From Streptosporangiaceae bacterium (GTDB lineage Bacteria; Actinomycetota; Actinomycetes; Streptosporangiales; Streptosporangiaceae), in contig DATAVV010000383.1 in NCBI GenBank assembly GCA_036267555.1, positions 5,443 through 69,442 of the forward strand: a stretch of 64,000 nt of DNA. Direction: 5' to 3'. The number at the start of each line of letters is the position of its first letter. Position 1 is the stretch's first letter. The position numbers were made by a program, and so were the translations under genes. The notes beneath the pieces are model-generated. The model had not been told where the DNA came from. It saw only the letters and a list, made by a program, of their open reading frames with translations, and ran no database searches. Shown one piece after another: positions 7,760-16,515 of the stretch.

Positions 7760-10351
7760 ATGCGGAACCATGTCCGCCGCGGGCCGCGCGCCGTGCGGCA
7801 CGCCGCGCACCTGCTGGTGGCGGTCTGCGTGTCCGCCAGCGTTCTCGGCGTGTTCGCGTTCGGCTGGGGTCCCCTCCCGGCGCTGGGCGAGGCGCTGGAC
7901 CCGGGCCACGGCGCGTGGGCGTCGGCGGCCGGCGCGGCCCTGCCGCACTCGGAATCTCTGCGCATCCCCGGCCTCATGCACCCGGCCACGGTCTACTTCA
8001 CGGCCCAGGGAATACCGTCGGTCCGGGCGGCGGACGAGAATGACCTGTATCTAGCGCAGGGATACGTCGAGGCCAGCTTCCGCCTGACCGAAATGGACCT
8101 GCAGCGCCGGCTCGCCGAGGGACGGCTGGCGCAGCTCGGCGGGGCCTCGGAGGTGTCCTCCGACGAGTTCGAACTGCGGCTGGGCCTGCTCAGGACCGCG
8201 GAGCAGGAATGGGCGCAGACTCCGCGCTCGAGCGCGGCGGGACAAGAGTTGCTCGCCTACTCCCGTGGCGTCAACGACTACCTGGCCCGGGAGCGGGCCA
8301 CGCATGGCTGGCCCGCGATATTCACGCTGGCCGGGGTCTACCCGGGCGCATGGACGCCGGTAGACAGCCTGGCCGTCCAAGGGCTGCTGACGCAGTTGCT
8401 CGATTTCACCACGACGCCGCTGGACTACGCGCTGCTGGAACGGTCCCTGGGCGCGGCCCGGACGATGACCTGGTTCCCGGTCGTCGCGCCGGACGCGCAG
8501 AGCCCGTACGACCAGGGGCCCTACCGGTATTCGGGGGTGACGCCACTTGCCGCCGGCGCCGCGAGTTCCGCGGGCGCCGCGATGAGCACGGCCGCGGCCG
8601 CCGGCCAGAACGGGCCGTCGGCCGCGCTGGACGCGGCGCACGGCGGCGTACCGGCCAAAGCCGCGGCGGCGGCACGCTCTCTTCTCGGCCAGATCGGCCA
8701 GCTTCCCGCCGGGCAGGTCCACGAGTACCCGGACAGCAACGCCTGGGCCGCCAACGGCCCCGCGGTGAGCGGCGGCGGCGCGATGCTGGCCGGTGACCCG
8801 CACCTGCCGCTGACGCTCCCGTCGATCTGGTACCAGCTCGCGCTGGGGGCGCCCGGCCTGGCGGTCAGCGGGGTAAGCGTTCCCGGCGTTCCCGGGATCG
8901 TCATCGGCCATAACAAAAACATCGCCTGGTCCCTGACCGACGTACAGAACGAGTCGACCCTGTTCTACTCGGAACAGACCAGCGCGAGCCACCCGGGCCA
9001 GTATTACTGGCGGGGCCGCTGGCGGCCCATGCGGCAAGTGCACTACACCATAGCCGTCCGGGGCGGAGCGCCCCGGCACCTGACCGTGGACATCACCGTT
9101 CACGGACCGATCATGACGCAGGTGCGGCAGACGACGGCCGTGGACTGGATGGGAAACGTTCCCTCGCCGGATGTGGCCGTCATCGCGCAAATCAGCAAGG
9201 CCAGCAACTACGCGCAGTTCCATGCGGCCCTGGCCAGGTGGAAGGCCCCGACGCAGAATTTCGTCTACGCGGATCAGGCCGGGAACATCGGCGTCGTGGC
9301 CGCGGGCTACTTTCCGCAGGTAGCGCACGGCGATCCGTGGCTTCCGCTGCCCGGGACCGGAGCCGATGACGTTGTCGGCGTCATTCCGTACCGCGCGACC
9401 CCTCAGGTATACGACCCGCCCGGTCATGTGGTCGCGACGGCGAACCAGCGGCCGGTAGGGCCTTCCTATCCCTACTACATAGGAACGTCCGCCGATTTTT
9501 ACGATCCCGGGTTCCGCGCCGATGACATCTACTCATACCTGCGGGCTCACCCGAGTATGCGAATGTCAGCCTTTGCCGCCCTGCAGACCAGCGTTCATGA
9601 CTGGCTGGCGAGCCAGATGGTGCCAAAGCTCCTGGCCGCGCTGCATGGCCACGAGCAGAGCGGAAAAGAGGAGGCGGCGATGCGATTGCTGACGGGATGG
9701 AATGACAGCATGGACAGCGACGCTCCGGCCGCCGCGATCTGGGCCACCTTCTGGTCGGATTACATATCCGCGGTGTTCGGGCCGTGGTGGCGGACGTCGC
9801 GGGTGCCGGTGGCCAGGAGCCTGAACGACCTGCAGGCCAGTTTCGACGCGGACCTGGAGGCCTGGACCCTGACCGATCCCGGTAATCCGGCCTTCAGCCC
9901 GCCGGGCGGCCGCCCGCGGACCGCGGCGCAGGTGATGAGGAGTGCCTTCGCGGCGGCGGTGACGCAGTTGTCGGCGAAGCTCGGGCCCCAGCCGGACAGG
10001 TGGGCGTGGGGGAGGCTGCACAGCACGGCGTTTCCTTCGCTGACCGGGATACCCGCGCTCGGCTACGGACCGCGGCCCGCTGGCGGTGATCAGTGGACCG
10101 TCAACGCCGCGGACGGATACCCCGTGTCCAGCGAGGGCCCGAGCTGGCGCATGATCGTGCGCTGGACCGCCCCGGGTCAGGCGGCAGCCGAGGGCCTCTA
10201 TCCGGGCGGCCAGAGCGAGAACCCGGCTTCGCCCTGGTACGACGACGACATGGCGCGCTGGTGGGCCGGAAGTTACCTGCCGATGCCGCCCGCCGGAGGA
10301 CACACCGGCGGCTGGGCCCGGTGGTCGCTACGTCCGGGGGGTGCGGGCTGA
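7760..10351 (+). CDS. Penicillin acylase-family Ntn hydrolase (PvdQ / aculeacin-A / AHL acylase-like), membrane-anchored or secreted
   Basis: ATG lies 8 nt after the previous stop, with a GAGG RBS. There is an N-terminal hydrophobic segment LLVAVCVSASVLGVFAF. The nucleophile context YPDSNAWAANGPAVSGGGAMLAGDPHL is typical of the beta-subunit N-terminus. The 863-aa length fits the family. Confidence 0.85.
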   Translation: MRNHVRRGPRAVRHAAHLLVAVCVSASVLGVFAFGWGPLPALGEALDPGHGAWASAAGAALPHSESLRIPGLMHPATVYFTAQGIPSVRAADENDLYLAQGYVEASFRLTEMDLQRRLAEGRLAQLGGASEVSSDEFELRLGLLRTAEQEWAQTPRSSAAGQELLAYSRGVNDYLARERATHGWPAIFTLAGVYPGAWTPVDSLAVQGLLTQLLDFTTTPLDYALLERSLGAARTMTWFPVVAPDAQSPYDQGPYRYSGVTPLAAGAASSAGAAMSTAAAAGQNGPSAALDAAHGGVPAKAAAAARSLLGQIGQLPAGQVHEYPDSNAWAANGPAVSGGGAMLAGDPHLPLTLPSIWYQLALGAPGLAVSGVSVPGVPGIVIGHNKNIAWSLTDVQNESTLFYSEQTSASHPGQYYWRGRWRPMRQVHYTIAVRGGAPRHLTVDITVHGPIMTQVRQTTAVDWMGNVPSPDVAVIAQISKASNYAQFHAALARWKAPTQNFVYADQAGNIGVVAAGYFPQVAHGDPWLPLPGTGADDVVGVIPYRATPQVYDPPGHVVATANQRPVGPSYPYYIGTSADFYDPGFRADDIYSYLRAHPSMRMSAFAALQTSVHDWLASQMVPKLLAALHGHEQSGKEEAAMRLLTGWNDSMDSDAPAAAIWATFWSDYISAVFGPWWRTSRVPVARSLNDLQASFDADLEAWTLTDPGNPAFSPPGGRPRTAAQVMRSAFAAAVTQLSAKLGPQPDRWAWGRLHSTAFPSLTGIPALGYGPRPAGGDQWTVNAADGYPVSSEGPSWRMIVRWTAPGQAAAEGLYPGGQSENPASPWYDDDMARWWAGSYLPMPPAGGHTGGWARWSLRPGGAG

Positions 10352-10803
10352 TGCGCACGCCGGCCGGACCCAGGACCGGACCCCCCGCGCCGCCTCTGCC
10401 CGGCGGCGTGAGCTCTGTCGCGCGGATCCCCGGGAAGGCCGCGGCATGGACGGCCGGGGCGCTGGCCGCGGCGATCGCCGTCGCCATCGGCGCGGCGGCG
10501 GGCGGCTGGTTCCTTCCCCTTCTCGTGGGCCTCGCCGCCGGCTGGACCGCCCCGCCTGGCCGGCTGCGCCGGGTCCTGGCCGCGAGCGTCCTCGTGACCG
10601 TGGCCGGGTGGGCGGCGCCGCTGCTGTGGCTGGCCGCGCGCGGGATCCCCGTCGCGGCCACCGCGCGGTCCATCGCGGCCACGGCCGGGCTGCCCGCATC
10701 CGCCGCCCTGATCGTGGCCGTCACCTTGCTGGTCGCCGCCATCCAGGCGGCGGCCGGCTTCTGGGTCGCGCGCACCGCGGCCTACTGGCGCAGGGCCGGC
10801 TGA
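10351..10803 (+). CDS. Small integral membrane protein (150 aa, about 4 TM), unknown function
   Basis: ATG 10351 overlaps the acylase stop (TGATG). The protein has A/L/G/W-rich hydrophobic helices. It is the last gene of the plus-strand operon. Confidence 0.6.
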   Translation: MRTPAGPRTGPPAPPLPGGVSSVARIPGKAAAWTAGALAAAIAVAIGAAAGGWFLPLLVGLAAGWTAPPGRLRRVLAASVLVTVAGWAAPLLWLAARGIPVAATARSIAATAGLPASAALIVAVTLLVAAIQAAAGFWVARTAAYWRRAG

Positions 10804-10837
10804 CCGGGGAGGACGCGGGGGGGCGGCGCGCGCCCCG

Positions 10838-12148
10838 CTACCGGCCCGGGCCGAGAGCGGCCGCGAAGACGGACGCGACCTCGAGCGCCTGCTGGCGGTT
10901 GAGGCGGGGATCGCAGGCTGTGCGATAGCGGCGTGGCAGGTCGTCTTCGGTGACGCCGGCGAGCCCGCCGATGCACTCGGTGACGTCTTCGCCCGTCAAC
11001 TCGAGATGGAGACCGCCCGGATGGGTGCCCAGGGCCCGGTGCACCGCCACGTACCCGTTCACCTCATCGGTCATGTCGTCGACGTAGCGCGTCTTATAGC
11101 CATTACGCGACCGCCGGGTATTGGCGTGCATGGGATCGCACTGCCAGATGGCCACCTGCTCACTCGCGAGCAATTTCTCGATGATCGGCGGAAGCAGGTC
11201 GCGGACCCGGTCATGGCCAAGACGGCAGATGAGCGTGAGCCGGCCTGGCACGCGATCCGGATTGAGCCGCTCCGCGCAGTCCGCGACCTCTTCCGGCCGG
11301 GCACCCGGGCCGATCTTCAGCCCGATGGGATTGGCCAGCAACGCAGCGAACTGGACGTGAGCTCCCGCTGGCTGCCTGGTGCGGTCTCCGATCCACAGGA
11401 AATGAGAAGAAAGGTCGTACAGCCGGGGCGGCCCAAGGCCGGCGGCGACCGAGCGCAGCAAGCCGTACTCGTAATCCAGCACCAGCGCCTCGTGGCTGGC
11501 GAATATCTCGGCCGCGCCATGCAGGCCGAAGGCGCCGCCGGCGGCCGCGGCCCGTCGCTGCGGGCGGTCAGCCGGCTGTGACCGGCAGAAGGCCCGCAGC
11601 AGCCCGATCGTCGAGCGGGCCCGGGCGTGCGCGGTGATCATCCTGGCCGGGTCAGGAACGCGGGCGGCGCGGTTGCCGGCGGCGGAGTGGACCATGTCTC
11701 CGCGGTATGACGGCAGTCCCTCGGCATCCAGCAAGGCTGATCGCGGTTTCGCGTACTGGCCTCCCAGGCGCCCGATCATGACGACCGGCATCGCGGTGCC
11801 GCGCTCTACCACCGCCGTCATCGCGCACAGCACGCGCAGGCTGCCCACGACCTGCCCGGCGGTGAGCGCGAAGGTCTCCGCGCATTCCCCGCCCTGTACG
11901 AGGAGAGCCTGACCCCGGCATACCGCCTCCAGCCTGGCGCTGAGCCGGTCCACCTCGCCGGCCGTGACCACCGGAGGCTCGCGCGCGAGCGTGGCCCGCA
12001 CCGTCAGGGCGCGCCGCCGGTCGGGCCAGGCGGGCTGCTGGGCCGCGGGCCGTTCGAGCGCGGCACGGACCGCGCGCACCTGGTGCTCGGTCAGCGCGCT
12101 GGCCGCATCCGGTCCGTCACCGCCGACGCGGGCGGGCGGTGGGCTCAC
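10838..12148 (-). CDS. 3-deoxy-7-phosphoheptulonate (DAHP) synthase, class II
   Basis: Motif series AQQPAWPD, GGECAE, GGQYAKPRS, HEALVLDYE, WIGDRTRQ, NPIGLKIGP, WQCDPMHANT. GTG 12148 overlaps the upstream stop (GTGA). Confidence 0.9.
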   Translation of the reverse strand: MSPPPARVGGDGPDAASALTEHQVRAVRAALERPAAQQPAWPDRRRALTVRATLAREPPVVTAGEVDRLSARLEAVCRGQALLVQGGECAETFALTAGQVVGSLRVLCAMTAVVERGTAMPVVMIGRLGGQYAKPRSALLDAEGLPSYRGDMVHSAAGNRAARVPDPARMITAHARARSTIGLLRAFCRSQPADRPQRRAAAAGGAFGLHGAAEIFASHEALVLDYEYGLLRSVAAGLGPPRLYDLSSHFLWIGDRTRQPAGAHVQFAALLANPIGLKIGPGARPEEVADCAERLNPDRVPGRLTLICRLGHDRVRDLLPPIIEKLLASEQVAIWQCDPMHANTRRSRNGYKTRYVDDMTDEVNGYVAVHRALGTHPGGLHLELTGEDVTECIGGLAGVTEDDLPRRYRTACDPRLNRQQALEVASVFAAALGPGR

Positions 12149-13104
12149 CAGGTACCGCCGCGGCCCGGAGACAGCACACGGACCTGCTGGAACAGCGCCG
12201 CGCAGAGTGCGCTGTAGCCGTCGGACCCATCGCCGAGCCGACCGCGAGACTGCCGCATGAGCTGGCCGAATGCTGTTTCGTCACCGCGGTCAGCCAGCTC
12301 CGAGAGGCGAGCCACGCTGTTCGACAGGGCCTGCCGGGCCGGTCCGGCGTAGGGGTTCGCCCGCTGGATATCCCAGTACACCTCGGGCGTGCCGCCGGTT
12401 ATCCGGGCCACCAGCGCCATCAGCGTCGTGTACGGGGGCGGCGCCGCCGGCGCCGCCCCGGCCAGGTCGACGTCCAGCTCAGCCAGGGCCAGAGCGAACG
12501 CGAGGACGGTCGCGTGGACCAGCACCTGGGTGACCGACGTCAGCCGGTCATGGTCATCGGCGCTGAGCCGGATAACGTGCGCCCTGGCCCCGGCGAGCAG
12601 GCTCAGCAACGCGGCGGCCCGGGGGCCGTCGCGCTCGACCACGGCGGCGACGGCCTGGCCCGCGAACCCGAGTGACGGGGCGAACATCGGGTTCAGGCTG
12701 GCCGTCTCGACCCCGCCGCGAAGCTGGCGCTGGATCGCGCACACCCGGGACTTGACGGACAGCGTGTCGGCGAGCAGCGACCCCGGCCGCATCTGGGCGG
12801 CCACCGCGGCGACCGCGGCGAGCGCGACGGCTTCCGGCACGGCCAGGATGACGAGGTCGGCCGTTGCGATCTCGTCTCGCAGTTCCCGGGCCGGGGCGTA
12901 CAGATCGGCGCGGAGGAAGCGCGGGGCCGGGCCGCGCGGGGGAGCCGCCGGAGGCGATCCCGGCCACCCGCACGCCCCGGCGGGCGGGACGAGGTCAGCC
13001 ACGCACAGCTGACTGCCGTGGTCGCGCAGGAGCCCGGCGAACATCCCGCCCACGGCGCCCGAGCCGCCCACCACGACACACCGCGCGAACCGGGCCGGCG
13101 TCAC
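12145..13104 (-). CDS. Prephenate-dehydrogenase (TyrA) family protein; PapC-like 4-amino-4-deoxyprephenate dehydrogenase by context
   Basis: Rossmann motif VVVGGSGAVGGMFAGLL. The length is 319 aa. It has 4-nt overlaps with both neighbours in the pabAB/mutase operon. Confidence 0.7.
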   Translation of the reverse strand: MTPARFARCVVVGGSGAVGGMFAGLLRDHGSQLCVADLVPPAGACGWPGSPPAAPPRGPAPRFLRADLYAPARELRDEIATADLVILAVPEAVALAAVAAVAAQMRPGSLLADTLSVKSRVCAIQRQLRGGVETASLNPMFAPSLGFAGQAVAAVVERDGPRAAALLSLLAGARAHVIRLSADDHDRLTSVTQVLVHATVLAFALALAELDVDLAGAAPAAPPPYTTLMALVARITGGTPEVYWDIQRANPYAGPARQALSNSVARLSELADRGDETAFGQLMRQSRGRLGDGSDGYSALCAALFQQVRVLSPGRGGTW

Positions 13105-15242
13105 CGGCTCGCTCCGGGCAGCAGCTCCTGAGCGGGCAGTTCGGCCCCCAGGGCGGCGAGCATGGCCCGCGACTTGACGAGGATCTCCTCGTACTCGTCC
13201 GCCGGGTCGGACAGCGCGACAATCGCGCCGCCCGTGCCGAAGCTAGCGGTGTCACCCGAAATCACGACGGTCCTTATGACGATGCTGAGATCCGCCGCGC
13301 CGCTGAGCCCGAACCAGCCCAGACCGCCTGAGTACACGCCGCGGGCCCCCTCTTCGAGAGAGTCGATGATCTGCATCGTGCGCACCTTGGGCGCGCCCGT
13401 CATCGACCCGCCCGGGAAGGCCGCGCGCACGCACTCAATGGTCGAGGCGCCGGCGCGCAACTGACCTCGTACCGTGGAGACGAGCTGGTGCACGGTCCGG
13501 TAGGTCTCGACCTCGAAGATCCGTGGCACGTGAACCGACCCGACCTCGCAGACCCGGCCAAGGTCGTTCCGGACCAGATCGACGATCATGAGGTTTTCCG
13601 CCTTGTCCTTCTCATGGTGGAGAAGGTCCAGGCGCAGCCGCTCGTCTTCGTCCTCAGTGGTACCCCGGGGCCGCGTTCCCTTGATCGGGCGTGACTCCAC
13701 GGCACCGTCGGCGGTCACCGAGATGAAGCGCTCGGGCGAGGAGCTCAGCACCGCGACCGACGGCAGTCTCAGCAGCGCGCCATAGGGGACAGGGCTTATC
13801 CGGCGCAGCCGGCGGTAGACCGTGACGACGTCGCCGCGCAGCGGGACCGCGGCCATGTTCGTCAGGCATACCTCGTAGGACTCGCCCTGGTGGATCTCCT
13901 GGAGGCTGGACTTGATCCGCTCGATGTAAGCCGGCTGCTCGTGGCGAAAGCGTGCGACATCCGGCTGGCCCGCGAGAGGCAGATCGTCCAGGTGCGGCGG
14001 CTTGGCATCGATCTTCTCCAGCTCGGCCATCCGGTCCGCGAACTCCTCCAGCCACCCCTCGGCGGCTGCCGCGCTTCCCGCCGGGCCGGCGTCGACGTGG
14101 CTGAGGCACACCAGCCATCCCGAGTCGTCAGCCGCGTCGAAGATGATCATCCTGTCGGCGAAGATGAAGGCGGCGTCCGGCCCTTCGGACGTGTGCGCGA
14201 CGTCGCCGCCTGTTTCCGCCTTCAGCTCGTAGCCGAGGTATCCGACGTATCCCAGGTTGAACTCCGACGGCAGCCCACCGGGTGCCGCGAGCCGGCGTTC
14301 GCGCAGCCGGCTCTCCAGATAGCGGAAGACGGACTCACGCACCGTTTCCTCGCTGCCGTCGGCACGGCGTATTCGCACGACACCAGACCGGATGTCGTAG
14401 GTGACCACCTCCGCCAGCGGGCCCTCGCCGTCGCCCATGAACGACAGCCGGCCCGATGACCCGGGCCCGCTGTCCAGCCAGAAGCTCGGCTCCTTCCGGG
14501 CGAAGAACGTCAGGTACACCCGCTCGGGATCGGGCATCGAAGGCAGCCGGCGTGCGTGCAGGCGGTAGCGCGGAGGGGGCAAGGGCGCGGCGCCGCCGGG
14601 CCGGCCTACGCGGTCACTGCCTGCCGCGCTCACCGAGCATCGCGATTGACGGTAGACGGCGGAAAGCTCCCGGAAATTGGCCAGCAACTCCGCGCCGTAT
14701 TCCGTGCAGATGGACTCCGGGTGAAACTGCACACCCCAGAGCGGGAAGTCCCGGTGTCGTACCGCCATCACGACGCCGTCGCCAGACCATGCCGTGCACT
14801 CGAGCTCGGAAGGGACGCCGCTGACGGCGAGAGAGTGGTAGCGAACGGCCGAGAATGGTGAAGGTATCCCGGCGAATAGTTCCCCGCCGTTGTGGTAAAC
14901 GGGTGATTTCCGCCCGTGACGGGGTTCGGGTGCGAGGCCCACCGTCGCCCCCCAGATCTCACAAATTCCCTGATGTCCGAGGCAGACGCCGAGCACAGGC
15001 AGGCCGCTGGACCGGATCGCGTCGGCGCTGATGCCGAAATCACGCGCCCGGTCCGGCCGTCCCGGTCCGGGAGAGATGATGATGTTGTCTATTTCACTGA
15101 GCTGGATCGAGGACCAGTCGGCATCATTGGTGACGACCAGGGGCTGGCACCCGTTGACGCTGGCGATGAGATGGTACAGGTTATAAGTGAAAGAGTCGTA
15201 GTTGTCGATGAGAAGGGTTCGCATGACGTCGTCGCCGATCAT
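13101..15242 (-). CDS. pabB: Fused aminodeoxychorismate synthase PabA-PabB (PapA-like)
   Basis: The N-terminal glutamine amidotransferase shows LLIDNYDSFTYNLYHLI, GVCLGHQ and VQFHPES. The chorismate-utilising domain shows SSSPERF, PIKGTRPRG, FPGGSMTGAPK and GGAIVALSDP. Confidence 0.92.
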   Translation of the reverse strand: MIGDDVMRTLLIDNYDSFTYNLYHLIASVNGCQPLVVTNDADWSSIQLSEIDNIIISPGPGRPDRARDFGISADAIRSSGLPVLGVCLGHQGICEIWGATVGLAPEPRHGRKSPVYHNGGELFAGIPSPFSAVRYHSLAVSGVPSELECTAWSGDGVVMAVRHRDFPLWGVQFHPESICTEYGAELLANFRELSAVYRQSRCSVSAAGSDRVGRPGGAAPLPPPRYRLHARRLPSMPDPERVYLTFFARKEPSFWLDSGPGSSGRLSFMGDGEGPLAEVVTYDIRSGVVRIRRADGSEETVRESVFRYLESRLRERRLAAPGGLPSEFNLGYVGYLGYELKAETGGDVAHTSEGPDAAFIFADRMIIFDAADDSGWLVCLSHVDAGPAGSAAAAEGWLEEFADRMAELEKIDAKPPHLDDLPLAGQPDVARFRHEQPAYIERIKSSLQEIHQGESYEVCLTNMAAVPLRGDVVTVYRRLRRISPVPYGALLRLPSVAVLSSSPERFISVTADGAVESRPIKGTRPRGTTEDEDERLRLDLLHHEKDKAENLMIVDLVRNDLGRVCEVGSVHVPRIFEVETYRTVHQLVSTVRGQLRAGASTIECVRAAFPGGSMTGAPKVRTMQIIDSLEEGARGVYSGGLGWFGLSGAADLSIVIRTVVISGDTASFGTGGAIVALSDPADEYEEILVKSRAMLAALGAELPAQELLPGASR

Positions 15243-15583
15243 CCCTGAGCGGCGCTGCTCGCGATGTCGTGTCCATGAGCGCTGTTAATGATCGCGTCTT
15301 CAACGCGGCAGCTTTCGGAAATAAGGACGGCATAGAGCGAGCGCAGAAATTCGGGACTAATCTGATGCGCGTGCGCGTAGTCGCGGGCCCGTTCCTGAAC
15401 CAGGTCAATCCGGGCGGGCTGCATCATGGGAACGCCGCTTTCCCGCTTATACGAGGCGATGCGCATGCAGCAGGACAGTCTCTCCCGCACGATGTCGAGT
15501 AGCCGCTGGTCTATCTCGTCGAGTTCCGCGCGTAGCGAAGAAAGGTCCGTTCCTGCTTGCCCGCCCATTGCCGATGTCACCAT
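15239..15583 (-). CDS. AroQ-type chorismate-mutase-like protein; PapB-like 4-amino-4-deoxychorismate mutase by context
   Basis: The protein is 114 aa. LRAELDEIDQRLLDIVRERLSCCMRIASYKRESGVPMMQPARIDLV fits the helical AroQ signature. It has an ATGA overlap with pabAB. Confidence 0.75.
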   Translation of the reverse strand: MVTSAMGGQAGTDLSSLRAELDEIDQRLLDIVRERLSCCMRIASYKRESGVPMMQPARIDLVQERARDYAHAHQISPEFLRSLYAVLISESCRVEDAIINSAHGHDIASSAAQG

Positions 15584-16515
15584 CTTTCCCTCCCTAGATC
15601 AAGGCCGAAGTCGCGCGCGGTGTCATCGCTGACTTCCGTAAAGAACGTGCCCAGAAAATCTTCTAGGTGGCTGAAAGATTCAGCGCAGAATAGAGTTGGC
15701 TTATAGGCTGAATCGTCATACCAGCGAGTAGCCATCTCCCGGACATCAAGCGGTATCGTCTCGGCCTCCTGTAGCTGGCTCATCTGCCCGTATGACGAGA
15801 GCAGCCCGGCGCCGATGGCCTGTACCCGGTCGCCTTTTTTTATGACGCCGTATTCGAGGCAGAACCAGAACACATTTGCCGCGACAAGCATCGCGTCCGG
15901 GTCGGTTAGCCGTACCGTCGCGTCGCCGATTACCTGATAGATACGGGCGATCCGCTCATTCGCCAGGACGTTGGCGTGGCCAATCATCTCATGGACCATG
16001 TCGGGTTCCGGGGAGAAATGGGGTGAAGAATGGTGGCGGAGATATTGCGTAGTCCGGAATACCCGGTGGTGCAGAGCGCCGTAAAAGTCGTCGAATGAGA
16101 CGCTGCCGACCGTGGGCCGCAGGGAGAATTCGGTGATCTTGCGCAGCGTCCGGGAGACATCCTCCAGTTCGGGTACGTGATCGTCAGGAAGGCCGAGCGC
16201 GTCGGCTCCGGCCAGGAATTCAGCGCAGGCATGCTCGCGGTGCAGTGAGCTCAGCCTCGAGGTGATGAGCTGCCACATGTCGTGTTCGCGATCGGTGTAC
16301 CCGACGCACGCGATGGGTTTTCCCGGCTCGTGCCCGAGCGCGAGCGCCGCGATGGTCTCCCTGCGCCGGACATAATCGGGATCGGAGCCACCTGGATGAC
16401 CGTCCGCGAAACAGACGGCCACCCGACCGCGATCTTGGATAACGAGCGGAGCGTCAAGCCTGGGCTGAGGGCTCGGCGCGGGGTGATCCGGTGCATTCCG
16501 TTCCATGGCTCGCAT
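15577..16515 (-). CDS. Pterin-dependent aromatic amino-acid hydroxylase (phenylalanine-hydroxylase family)
   Basis: The 2-His-1-carboxylate iron site is present as EPDMVHEMIGHANVL and FWFCLEYGV. HPGGSDPDYVRRRETIA is an N-terminal family motif. The start is ambiguous (16563, 16515 or 16506), and every option overlaps the 3' end of the upstream regulator. Confidence 0.85.
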   Translation of the reverse strand: MRAMERNAPDHPAPSPQPRLDAPLVIQDRGRVAVCFADGHPGGSDPDYVRRRETIAALALGHEPGKPIACVGYTDREHDMWQLITSRLSSLHREHACAEFLAGADALGLPDDHVPELEDVSRTLRKITEFSLRPTVGSVSFDDFYGALHHRVFRTTQYLRHHSSPHFSPEPDMVHEMIGHANVLANERIARIYQVIGDATVRLTDPDAMLVAANVFWFCLEYGVIKKGDRVQAIGAGLLSSYGQMSQLQEAETIPLDVREMATRWYDDSAYKPTLFCAESFSHLEDFLGTFFTEVSDDTARDFGLDLGRERW

